From: an uncultured Chloroflexia bacterium
GTDB taxonomy: Bacteria; Chloroflexota; Chloroflexia; Thermomicrobiales; UBA6265
DNA: 64,000 bases
Assembly (NCBI GenBank): GCA_963724295.1
Contig: CAVRUC010000001.1
Location: 165,572-229,571 of the forward strand
Direction of reading: 5' to 3'
How positions within the stretch are numbered: the first letter of the stretch is position 1; the number at the start of each line of letters is the position of its first letter. Shown piece after piece: positions 31,474 through 40,350 of this stretch. The notes beneath the pieces are model-generated. The model made no database searches, was not told where the DNA came from, and was given only the letters and a program-made list of their open reading frames with translations. Both the position numbers and the translations under genes were made by a program.

Positions 31474-31590
31474 AGTGGATGTGCCAGGCTTTGCGCGGAC
31501 ACGGAGGCGTCTGCGTAGCAGGGTCGGCTGAGCTCCGGAGAATGCAGACGCCGTGACCTGTCACGTGTCGCCAGAGGTCTGACCGCTGCG

Positions 31591-32445
31591 ATGGACCTGC
31601 TCCAGGTCGTCATCAGCGGTCTCTTGCTCGGCGGCGTCTATGCGCTCTTTGCCGCCGGGATGAACATGATCTTCGGCGTGCTGCGTGTCATCAACCTCGC
31701 CCACGGGGAGCTGATGATGCTCGGCGCCTACACCACGTTCTGGCTGTACGCCCTGGCCGGCATCAACCCGCTCCTCTCGCTCCCGATCTCTGCCCTGTTG
31801 ATGTTCACGATTGGCGCGGTGATCGAGCGCGGGCTGATCGAGCGGGTCGTCGGTCAGCCGCTGCTCTCGTCGCTGCTGCTGACGTTCGGGCTCTCAACGT
31901 TGCTCATGGGGACCGCGCTTTCGCTGTGGACGGCGAATTTCCGCTCGGTACCCTATCTAACCGGGTCGGTCACTGTGCTCGGTCTCAACCTCTCCCAGAC
32001 GCGGCTCGTGGCCTTCGCCATCGCACTTGCGGTGACAGGGCTCACTTATGCCTTCCTGCGTTTCGCCACCTTTGGCAAGGCGATCCGAGCGACGACACAG
32101 AATGCCGAGGTCGCTCAGGTCTGCGGCATCAATGTGGGTCGGGTGCGGCTGGTGACATTCGCGCTCGGATCGGCCATGGCCGCTATCGCCGGTTCACTTA
32201 TCGCGATGATCTTCACCATCAGCCCGGAGATGGGCCGCGTGTTCCTCGGTCGCGCCTTCGCCATCGTCGTGCTTGGCGGGCTCGGCTCCTTCGTCGGCGC
32301 GTTTCTCGGCGCGCTCGTGCTCGGGGTGGTAGAGACGGTCACCGCCTATTACACCGACACGCAAATCGCCGAGGGGGTTTCGTACGCGGTCCTGGTCCTG
32401 GTCCTCCTCCTTCGCCCGGCGGGGTTGTTTGGGGAGAAGGAATGA
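31591..32445 (+). CDS. livH: branched-chain amino acid ABC permease
   Basis: IFGVLRVINLAHG, GKAIRA, VVLGGLGS and LRPAGLFG. Confidence 0.92.
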   Translation: MDLLQVVISGLLLGGVYALFAAGMNMIFGVLRVINLAHGELMMLGAYTTFWLYALAGINPLLSLPISALLMFTIGAVIERGLIERVVGQPLLSSLLLTFGLSTLLMGTALSLWTANFRSVPYLTGSVTVLGLNLSQTRLVAFAIALAVTGLTYAFLRFATFGKAIRATTQNAEVAQVCGINVGRVRLVTFALGSAMAAIAGSLIAMIFTISPEMGRVFLGRAFAIVVLGGLGSFVGAFLGALVLGVVETVTAYYTDTQIAEGVSYAVLVLVLLLRPAGLFGEKE

Positions 32446-33533
32446 GCCGCGCGGCGAAGACCGCCGGCGCCGATGGTCTGGGAGGGGTCGTCGAAACTCC
32501 GCTCCCCCGCGAAACCGACCGTGACGTCGACGGTACCGATGCCCCCCTGCCGGGCGCCAGCGCGCAACCTGTGCGAAAGCCGCTCCCGGCGTGGGAGCGG
32601 CAGCTCCCGAAAATCTATTTGGTGCTGCTCGTCGTCGCCGTCGTCGGTCTTCTCTACTTCCCGCGCACCGCCAGCGCCTACAACGTCACCCTGGCGCTGA
32701 CCGTGCTGCTGACCGTTGTCCTGGCCACGAGCTGGAACATCATCTCTGGCTACACCGGCTACGTCTCCTTCGGCCACGCCGGCTTTTTCGGCATCGGCTC
32801 CTACATCGGCGCCCTGCTGATCTTCAACGACGTCATGCCGTGGATCCCAGCCATGATCGTCGCCGGGCTGGGCACCGCCTTCGTCGCGCTCCTCATCGGC
32901 TACCCGACGCTTCGCTTGCGCGGTCCGTATTTCGCGATCACGATGCTCGGCCTCAGTGAGCTGGCGCGGATCGTGGTCACCGCCTGGGACTCGGTCACCC
33001 GCGGCGGCCTCGGCGTCTACCTGCCGATCGTGCGCGATCAGCCACCGCCGACCTACTATGCGATGCTCGTCCTCGCCGTCATCGCGGTTGTCGTCTCCTA
33101 CGCGGTCGGGACCTCGACCTTCGGACTGCGCCTCCTGTCGATCCGGGACGACGAGGTCGCCGCGCAGGCGATGGGGATCAACACGACGCGCTACAAGATG
33201 GCCGCGTTCGTCATCTCGTCTTTTTTCCCCGGGATCGCCGGCGCGATTTACGCCTACCACGTCGGCTTCATCGACCCGGTGACCGTCTTCTCCGTCCTGT
33301 GGACGATCCGCGCCATCGCCAGCGCGATCGTCGGCGGCCAGGCCACCATCATCGGCCCGATCATTGGTGCCGTACTGCTCTCCCTGGTTTCAGAACAGGT
33401 CTGGGCATACGACCCAAACCTCTACCAGGTCATCTTCGGCGGCATCATCGCACTCGTGGTGCTGGTCCTCCCGGGCGGGCTCATCGCGCTTGGGCAGGAT
33501 TGGGGCTGGCTGCCCCGGAGCCGGCGGCTGTGA
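32442..33533 (+). CDS. livM: branched-chain amino acid ABC permease
   Basis: GYTGYVSFGHAGFFGIG, LRLRGPYFAI and IRDDEVAAQAMGIN; ATGA overlap with livH. Confidence 0.92.
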   Translation: MSRAAKTAGADGLGGVVETPLPRETDRDVDGTDAPLPGASAQPVRKPLPAWERQLPKIYLVLLVVAVVGLLYFPRTASAYNVTLALTVLLTVVLATSWNIISGYTGYVSFGHAGFFGIGSYIGALLIFNDVMPWIPAMIVAGLGTAFVALLIGYPTLRLRGPYFAITMLGLSELARIVVTAWDSVTRGGLGVYLPIVRDQPPPTYYAMLVLAVIAVVVSYAVGTSTFGLRLLSIRDDEVAAQAMGINTTRYKMAAFVISSFFPGIAGAIYAYHVGFIDPVTVFSVLWTIRAIASAIVGGQATIIGPIIGAVLLSLVSEQVWAYDPNLYQVIFGGIIALVVLVLPGGLIALGQDWGWLPRSRRL

Positions 33534-34330
33534 GCGCCCCGCGCACATCGCTCGAGCCCCTCGATCCGCGAGGGAACCCGGCCACTTCGTCGACGCTACC
33601 GTCACACACTGGAGATGGGAGTGAGCCTGCTCCCATCCTGACGGTCAACGATGTTTCGATCCGCTTCGGCGGCGTGCAGGCGCTCAACAAGGCGAACCTC
33701 AAGATCCGTCCGCACCGGATCACCGGAGTGATCGGACCCAATGGTTCCGGCAAGTCAACCCTCTTCAACGCGGTCACCGGCGTCACCCGCGCCGATGCCG
33801 GGTCGATTCGTTTTGGGGACACCGACATTACTCGCCTCGGATCGCACCAAATCAACCAGCTCGGCATCGGCCGTACGTTTCAACTCACCCGTCTCTTCGG
33901 GCGACTGACGGCATTCGAGAACCTCATGGTCGTGGCCCGCGGTGACCAGGCGGCGGCGCGGCTGCGGGCCGAGGAACTGCTCGATACGGTCGCGCTGCGT
34001 CACGTCCGCGACGAGTATGGGGCCAACCTCTCCTACGGGCAGCAGAAGCTGCTCGAGTTCGTCCGGCTGCTGATGACCGATCCGACGCTGGTCATGCTCG
34101 ACGAGCCGTTCGCCGGGGTCAACCCGACCATGGAGCGGCGGCTGCTGGACCAAATGGAGAGTTGGCTGCGCGACGGCAGGACAATCGTCGTTACCGACCA
34201 TGAGATGAAGATCATGATGGAGATTTGCGAGGAGATCTACGTCCTCGACTATGGCGAGGTCATCGCCCACGGCTCGCCCGCCGAGATTCGAGCGAATACC
34301 CGCGTGATGGAAGCCTACTTTGGCCGCTGA
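33530..34330 (+). CDS. livG: ABC ATP-binding protein
   Basis: GPNGSGKST, GRTFQ, LSYGQQK and LDEPFAG; GTGA overlap. Confidence 0.92.
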   Translation: MSAPRTSLEPLDPRGNPATSSTLPSHTGDGSEPAPILTVNDVSIRFGGVQALNKANLKIRPHRITGVIGPNGSGKSTLFNAVTGVTRADAGSIRFGDTDITRLGSHQINQLGIGRTFQLTRLFGRLTAFENLMVVARGDQAAARLRAEELLDTVALRHVRDEYGANLSYGQQKLLEFVRLLMTDPTLVMLDEPFAGVNPTMERRLLDQMESWLRDGRTIVVTDHEMKIMMEICEEIYVLDYGEVIAHGSPAEIRANTRVMEAYFGR

Positions 34331-35084
34331 CACGGAGGTTGCCGAAGCCTCGTTAGCTGACGGAGCCCGCACCGCGCCGCTGCTGGCAGTACGCGAGATC
34401 GACGCCGCCTACGGCAAGGTTCGCATCTTGAACGGCGTCTCACTTGAGGTGCAGCCGGGAGAGATCGTCTCCATTATCGGTCCCAACGGCGCCGGCAAGT
34501 CGACCGTGTTGAAGGCGGTGATGGGCATCCTCAAACCGACCCGCGGCGCGGTAATGTTCGCTGGGGAGGAGATCACCGGTCTGCGGACGGACCTCGTCGT
34601 CCACCGCGGGATTGCCTACGTGCCGCAGGGGCGGATCGTCTTCAAGGCGATGAGCGTCGTCGAGAACCTCGAGATGGGCGCGTACACCGTCAAGGATAAA
34701 GCGCAGATGCGGCGGACAATGGAGCAGGTGTTCGCCGTCTTTCCTCGCTTGGGCGAGCGCCGCAATCAGAAAGCCGGCACCATGAGCGGAGGCGAGCAGC
34801 AAATGCTGGCGATGGGTAGGGCACTCATGGTCCAGCCGCGCCTCGTGCTGATGGACGAGCCGTCCCTCGGTCTCGCCCCCCAATTCGTCGAGATGGTCTT
34901 CGACAAGCTCCAGCAGCTCAAAGCTACCGGCATGACCCTCTTGCTCGTTGAACAAAACGCGGTCAAGTCACTCTCGATCAGTGACCGCGGCTACGTTCTC
35001 GAGCTCGGTCGTAACCGATTTACCGGCAGTGGCGCCGACCTCCTCGACGACGAACGCGTGCGCCGCCTGTACCTGGGTGGCTGA
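34320..35084 (+). CDS. livF: ABC ATP-binding protein
   Basis: GPNGAGKST, MSGGEQQM, DEPSLGLAP, VEQN and YLGG end. Confidence 0.93.
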   Translation: MAADTEVAEASLADGARTAPLLAVREIDAAYGKVRILNGVSLEVQPGEIVSIIGPNGAGKSTVLKAVMGILKPTRGAVMFAGEEITGLRTDLVVHRGIAYVPQGRIVFKAMSVVENLEMGAYTVKDKAQMRRTMEQVFAVFPRLGERRNQKAGTMSGGEQQMLAMGRALMVQPRLVLMDEPSLGLAPQFVEMVFDKLQQLKATGMTLLLVEQNAVKSLSISDRGYVLELGRNRFTGSGADLLDDERVRRLYLGG

Positions 35085-35121
35085 GGCGCGGGGTTCCGCG
35101 GGCTGACCGGTAGGCGGCGGC

Positions 35122-35193
35122 CTACCAAATGCCCACGGCGACACCGTCGAATGGCCGTTGCGCTACCGCTGGGACCACCTCCCAGTGACTTGA
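35122..35193 (+). pseudogene. fragment homologous to codons at 29616-29678
   Basis: LPNAHGDTVEWPLRYRWDHLP versus LPDAHSDAVEWPWRYRWDHLP; no start codon, stop at 35191. Confidence 0.75.
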
Positions 35194-35420
35194 CTGACAG
35201 GCGGGCTGCTCGAGGCGCGGTCTCCGCTTCCTGAGCTCGCCCGCGTCCTGATCTCCCGCCTCTTGCTCAGCTTCATGCTCGTCAGCCGAAGACGACGCCA
35301 CGCGGACTCTGGCGGCCTGATTGACATCCGCAGGCGCCGGAGTAAGGTGGGCCACGGCCGGGGCGACCGCAGCGTGGACCGGCGTGTTCCTGGCCACCTT
35401 TGCTCGAATGGAGGAGCCTT

Positions 35421-36404
35421 GTGCGTTTGATCCCGGTTCTCGTCCTCGGCGTTGTCGCCCTACTGCTTGGCGCACCGTCCCTGGTCGGGGCGCAAGCCGC
35501 CAGCCCGGCAGCATCCGCTTCGGCGGCCGATGGCGAGGTTGCCGGCCTCATAGATATTGGCGGACGCTCGCTCTACCTGGAATGTCGCGGAACAGGGAGC
35601 CCAACGGTCATTCTGGAGGCGGGGTTTCGGACGCGTGCCGATGTCTGGAGCGAAGACCTTGTCCAGCCAGATGCGCCGCGGACGATGGTCTTCCCTGGCG
35701 TGGCCGCCTTTGCCCGCGTCTGCGCCTACGACCGGCCAGGGACGTCGACCGTCATCGACGGCGCCTTGTTGCCCAGCCGTAGCGATCCGGTAGCCATGCC
35801 GCGGACCGCGCTCGACCTGGTGCACGATCTGCACGCGCTGCTCCAGGCGGCAAAGGTGCCCGGACCGTACGTCTTCGTCGGGCACTCTTATGGCGGGATG
35901 CTTAGCCGGCTCTTCGCCAGCACCTACCCGAACGGGGTCGTTGGCATGGTCCTGGTCGACGCCTTCTCGGAAGGCCTGGAAGAGCAAATGACGGCAGAGC
36001 AATGGGCCGCTTACAAGGAGCTGTTCCAGCCGGTGCCAGAAGCGCTTGCTGGCTACGAGGATCTCGAGTTCACCGACCTCGACGCGAGTACATCGCAAGT
36101 CCGGCAGGCGACCGCGGATTCGCCGTTGCGACCCCTCCCGCTCGTCGTCCTCTCCCGAGGACAGGTCATGCAGATGCCCGCGGACCTGCCAGGAGGGCTC
36201 ACCGGCGAAGGGCTGGAGCAGGCGTGGAGCGTCGAGCAGGACCGGCTGGCCGCCCTCCTGCCCGATGCCCGACACGTCATCGCGCGCGAGAGCGAGCACT
36301 ACATCCAGCTCCAGCAACCCGATCTGGTGATCGAGGCGGTGCGTCTGGTCGTCGAGGCCGTGCGCGACCCGGCCAGCTGGGCAACGCCGGCGGCAAGCCC
36401 ATAG
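35421..36404 (+). CDS. secreted alpha/beta hydrolase
   Basis: Signal peptide; CAYDRPG, GHSYGG nucleophile elbow and SEHYIQ; GGAGGAG SD. Confidence 0.9.
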   Translation: MRLIPVLVLGVVALLLGAPSLVGAQAASPAASASAADGEVAGLIDIGGRSLYLECRGTGSPTVILEAGFRTRADVWSEDLVQPDAPRTMVFPGVAAFARVCAYDRPGTSTVIDGALLPSRSDPVAMPRTALDLVHDLHALLQAAKVPGPYVFVGHSYGGMLSRLFASTYPNGVVGMVLVDAFSEGLEEQMTAEQWAAYKELFQPVPEALAGYEDLEFTDLDASTSQVRQATADSPLRPLPLVVLSRGQVMQMPADLPGGLTGEGLEQAWSVEQDRLAALLPDARHVIARESEHYIQLQQPDLVIEAVRLVVEAVRDPASWATPAASP

Positions 36405-36443
36405 AGTGACGGCACCCACCGGTGTCAGCCCGAGGGACTGTTG

Positions 36444-36580
36444 GGTGTCTGGGTGCCAGGGGTCGACAGGGGAATAACGCCTCAACACCCCGCCACCACG
36501 AGCGTAGCGAGTAATCACCCTATCACCGCGACCGCAGGGAGCAATCACCGCGAGCGCAGCGAGTAATCACCCTGTCACCC
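36444..36580. repeat. intergenic repeat (GAGCGYAGCGAGTAATCACCC family)
   Basis: Motif occurs 2-3 times here; a 28-nt near-identical copy lies at 53298-53325. Confidence 0.7.
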
Positions 36581-36771
36581 TCGTTCACGGCTCCATCCCA
36601 GGGTCCAATCGTCACTTTCGGGACCGATGGACGGGTTTTTCTCTTGCGAGCCGGCGCGAGACCTGGACTATAGGGTCAACCGGCGCGACAATGGGCCGGT
36701 GCCGCGCACCGCGCGGCTGGCTTGGGATCGCCGCCCCGCGACGCGATCAGCGTTGGGAAGGAGCGGCGCCA

Positions 36772-37524
36772 GTGCCGACATTTGGCTGCGCCTACTGGGG
36801 ACGCGACGCGAGCGTCGCCGACCGCGATTTCGCCTCACTGCCGGAACTCGGATTTTCCTGGGTCGTCATTCCCGTCTCGACCGAGCGCATGCGCTACGAC
36901 CGCGCGGGTACGGCCGCGGTGTTCGCCGCGGCGAACCGCCACGGACTCGCCACCCGAATTGCCCCCTGGGGAGTCGGCGGCCTCTTCGGCGGCGAGGGGG
37001 TGGTCGAAGCCGGTCCCTCACCGATGGCAACGCTGACCTGGTGGTTGTCGTGCGCCCACGATCTGGAGCCCGACGCCCTGTTCTGGGGCGAGCCGCACGG
37101 CGCGCTCGGTTTGGGGGCCATGGCGCGCGCGATGACGACCTGGGACATCCCCGGCGCCGCGCAGTACCTCCACGTCAACCCGAATCGCGGCGAGTGGCCC
37201 GAGCTGCCGGTCGCGACGGCGCTGACCGGAATCGGCATCGATGCCTACCGCAAGCCGGCGGTCGCCATCGCGCGGCTGCCCGAGGTGCGCAAGCGATATG
37301 GCCTGCCGGTGCATGTCTGGGTGCGCAGCTTCGGACTGACGAGAAGACAGACGTTGCAGCCGGCGCGCGATCTCTCCGCCTTGTACGACGCGGGTGTCGC
37401 CGATATCGGGATCTGGGGCTTCCCTTCGGCCGGCTGCTCCTGCCTGGACAACGCCGAGCCGCAGCGGGTCTGGAACGGGATCACGGCGACGATCGCGCGG
37501 CTCGGCGAAGCGCTGGCCGCGTGA
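36772..37524 (+). CDS. hypothetical protein, TIM-barrel glycoside-hydrolase-like
   Basis: GGAAGGAG SD then GTG; beta/alpha alternation; PWGVGGLFGGE, WGEPH and GIDAY. Confidence 0.65.
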   Translation: MPTFGCAYWGRDASVADRDFASLPELGFSWVVIPVSTERMRYDRAGTAAVFAAANRHGLATRIAPWGVGGLFGGEGVVEAGPSPMATLTWWLSCAHDLEPDALFWGEPHGALGLGAMARAMTTWDIPGAAQYLHVNPNRGEWPELPVATALTGIGIDAYRKPAVAIARLPEVRKRYGLPVHVWVRSFGLTRRQTLQPARDLSALYDAGVADIGIWGFPSAGCSCLDNAEPQRVWNGITATIARLGEALAA

Positions 37525-37840
37525 CGTGGTGACGAAGGCCGGCTGACTCGCCGGACGGGGCGACTCGCCGTCCCGAGTTACCTGGGCCTGGCTGCAAACG
37601 CCGGCACGTGACGATCACTAGCCTCCCAGGTTGAGACAAGGACTTGCGAAAGCTCTCCACCCGCGAGGAGCCACGGCTGTCAGAAGGTGGCGCTTGTCCG
37701 CCTGCTCGGAGCGTGTCCGGGCGGCGGTTACAGGCTGGCATGCCATTGACAGCAGCGTGCCGGGAGCCGAGACTCTATGAGGCAGTCGTAAAGGCGAAGG
37801 GCGGCTGCCTACTCATCGATCGTGTGCTGTGGAGAATCGA

Positions 37841-38407
37841 TTGTCCTGGCTGCTGCTGGCGCTGCAGGTGGTCCTGAGCGTCGTGCTCCTTGTCGCCGCC
37901 ACCGAGAAGACGCTGCGCTCCGAGGAATTCTTCGCCGCGCTGCGCCTCAGCCACCTGCCGGCAGGCGCGATCGCGCCGATCGGCGTCGCCGTGCCGGTGC
38001 TCGAGCTGACGCTGGCGCTGGCGCTGCTGCTCGCGCCGGGGCGGTGGCTGCCGCTCGTGTTCCTGGCGGCCGCCCTCGTCTTCGGCGCCTTCACCGCCTG
38101 GATGGGCTGGGTGCGTGCGCGCCGGCTGCGCGTCCGTTGCGGCTGCTTCGGCCCCGGCGGCGGGCACGTCGGCTCTCGCACGATCGGGCGCAACCTCCTG
38201 CTGCTGGCGCTGGCGCTGGGCGGCACCGTGCTGGCGGGCCAGACGCCAACTCCGCTGCCGGGTCCCTCGCTGGCGATGGTGGTCACCGTGACCTCGGTCG
38301 GCGCCTGCCTCGCCCTCCTGCTCGCGCTGCGCGCCGCCTGGCCGCACCTGATCCTCAGCTTCGAGCAATACCAGGCGCGCCAGGCCGTCGCGACCGGCGG
38401 GGAGTAA
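37841..38407 (+). CDS. mauE: MauE/DoxX family membrane protein
   Basis: AATEK, VPVLEL and CGCFG...RN motifs; 5 TM; alternative start GTG at 37829. Confidence 0.88.
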   Translation: MSWLLLALQVVLSVVLLVAATEKTLRSEEFFAALRLSHLPAGAIAPIGVAVPVLELTLALALLLAPGRWLPLVFLAAALVFGAFTAWMGWVRARRLRVRCGCFGPGGGHVGSRTIGRNLLLLALALGGTVLAGQTPTPLPGPSLAMVVTVTSVGACLALLLALRAAWPHLILSFEQYQARQAVATGGE

Positions 38408-38411
38408 ACGG

Positions 38412-39083
38412 ATGTCGACCCTCTTCTACGTCTCGTACGTCGCGCTCTGGGTGCTGCTGCTGACGATCGGCGTGCTCGTGCTGTTGCTCTATCGCCACTT
38501 CGGCGTGATGTCGCTCGGCACGCTGGAGGGGGTGCAGCGGGACGGTCTGCCGATCGGCTCGGTCGCTCCTCCCATCAGCGGAATCACCGCTGCCGGCCAG
38601 GACACCCGTTGGCAGCCGAAGCAAGGCCAGCCCCAGCTCCTCCTCTTCGCCGCCCCCGACTGCGAGCCGTGTGCCACCGTCCTCCCCCACGTCGAGCGGC
38701 TGGCACATGCGGTGAACGGCGGCCTCGGGATCGCGGCGGTCGTGCCGGGACCAAAGGACGAAGTGACCCGGTTCGTCGAGCGCTACCGCCCGTCCTTTCC
38801 CTGCCTGGCCGAGGACGGCAGCGGCGCCTTTACCCGTTATAAGGTGCGCGTCACCCCGTTCGGGTTCATCCTCGGCACCGATGGCCGCGTCCTTGCGAAG
38901 GGGCTCTGCGGCGATCAGGTGCGGCTGCGCGGGCTGCTGGAGGCCGCCGACCTGAGCGACATCGCCCAGGCGCTGCCGGCCCCGGCTCAGCCGGTCCAGA
39001 TCACGCCGCGGAAACCGGTACCCGCCGGGCGGCGTTCTACGGTCGGGTTGTCGAACAACGGCGTCGACGGGAGCGAGCGGTGA
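38412..39083 (+). CDS. mauD: MauD-like membrane-anchored thioredoxin
   Basis: N-terminal TM followed by LYRHFG; GLPIGSVAP, CEPC and cis-Pro VTPF...KGL. Confidence 0.85.
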   Translation: MSTLFYVSYVALWVLLLTIGVLVLLLYRHFGVMSLGTLEGVQRDGLPIGSVAPPISGITAAGQDTRWQPKQGQPQLLLFAAPDCEPCATVLPHVERLAHAVNGGLGIAAVVPGPKDEVTRFVERYRPSFPCLAEDGSGAFTRYKVRVTPFGFILGTDGRVLAKGLCGDQVRLRGLLEAADLSDIAQALPAPAQPVQITPRKPVPAGRRSTVGLSNNGVDGSER

Positions 39084-39105
39084 TGCGGCTAGGGATGGGG
39101 AAGCT

Positions 39106-39633
39106 ATGACGACGGTCGAGCGCGTCGGCGAGGGACTGGCGCGGCAACTCAATCGGCGACAGACGTTGAAGCGGGCGGCGGTGGCCCTCTTCGGAGCGGT
39201 GGCCGCCTGGACGGTCGAGGGCTTCCGCGGCAACAGCGCCCTGGCCGACCACTGCGCCGTCGTGACCGAAGGCAACTGCACCTGCACCCCGCCCGAGGGG
39301 ATCTACTGCAACAGTCTGGACCCCTCGTACTGCGCTGGCGCGGCCTGCGACGGCGGCTGCTACTACGACGAGTCGTATCGCTACGCCGGCGCCTGCTGGT
39401 GCAGCGCCATCTGCGAGTACGGTGGCGGCGAGTTCGGCCACTACCAATGCTGCGACTGCAACTGTTACGGGCAGCTGTGCGCCTGCCGGGAGTTCATCTC
39501 GACCGGCTACAGCGAAGAAGTCGTGACGGCGCCGCCGAGCGAAGCCGGCCCGCCCTTGCCGCCCCCGGGGTTCGGCGACGACGAGCCCCAGCTGCCGCCG
39601 GGCGTCGAGTCGTGCTTCCCGTTCTGCGACTGA
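39106..39633 (+). CDS. Tat-exported Cys-rich protein (distant MauA-like)
   Basis: LARQLNRRQTL Tat signal with ALA cleavage site; 16 Cys in the core and 2 in the tail. Confidence 0.85.
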   Translation: MTTVERVGEGLARQLNRRQTLKRAAVALFGAVAAWTVEGFRGNSALADHCAVVTEGNCTCTPPEGIYCNSLDPSYCAGAACDGGCYYDESYRYAGACWCSAICEYGGGEFGHYQCCDCNCYGQLCACREFISTGYSEEVVTAPPSEAGPPLPPPGFGDDEPQLPPGVESCFPFCD

Positions 39634-39649
39634 CCGGGCGAGCGTGACG

Positions 39650-40292
39650 ATGTTCGCCACCGCGGTCATGCTGCTGGCCGTGCTGACCGGACTCCTGAGC
39701 GCGCACGCCCCCTGAACGGTCAACATGGCCGTTGGCCTGGGCCTCCTCGGTCGAGGAGGGAAACGACAGGCGCTCGGTTTGTGGGCGCTCCACATGGCAG
39801 GGGCCGCCCTGGCCGGCGCGCTCCTCGGCGGGCTGGTGGGCGGAATCGGCGCGCTGGCGGGGTTGGAGGCGTGGCGGCCCTGGATCATCGGCGGCGCCGC
39901 CCTTCTCGCCTTCGGGCTCGCCCTGCTGCCGCGGCCACCGAAGCTGGGCCGGCAGCGGCAGGTGCCGCGGCGGTGGGCGCCGGGGACGCCTCCCGCGCGC
40001 GTCTATCTGATCTGGGGGGCGATGCTCGGCAGCGGCGTCGCCACGCCGATCTTCCACACCGCCTTCCTCCTCCTCCTTGCCGCCCAGCTCACGGGCGGGG
40101 TGGCGCTCGGCCTCGTCTCCGGCGCCCTGTTCGGCGCGGCCCGGCAGGCGACGGCACTGCTTGCCGCTGCTGACCCGCCTCGACCCGGGTCGGACGATGG
40201 GTCTGCTGGAGACGCTCCGCCCCACCGCCCGCCGCCTGAACGCGGGGCTCATCGTCGCCGGCGGCCTCGTCCTCGTCCTCGTCGGCCGCTGA
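39650..40292 (+). CDS. mauF: MauF-like membrane protein; probable selenocysteine (TGA 39713-39715) and one frameshift near 40160
   Basis: MFATAVMLLAVLTGLLSAHAP-UGA-TVNM is in frame with the 39725 ORF. LHMAG...LLG, RQVPRRW, WGAMLG and FGAAR motifs. The hydrophobic C-terminus continues in the frame ending at 40292. Confidence 0.75.
39716..39760 (+). promoter_or_regulatory. putative bacterial SECIS
   Basis: GGCC-GTT-GGCC stem starts 11 nt after the UGA; a second hairpin CCTCCTC-GGTC-GAGGAGG lies at 39742-39759. Confidence 0.55.
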
Positions 40293-40350
40293 CTCTACCC
40301 CGCGTCGGGGAACGGCTCTCGCGTCCCGGTCCTGTTGTGGAGCTTGCTAC

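Noticed and set aside
36490..36580. Possible CRISPR array
   Set aside because: Only 2-3 imperfect units, no unique 30-40 nt spacers, no cas genes.
39106..39633. Call as true methylamine dehydrogenase small subunit (mauA)
   Set aside because: Only one Trp in the mature part, and no mauB or mauG nearby.
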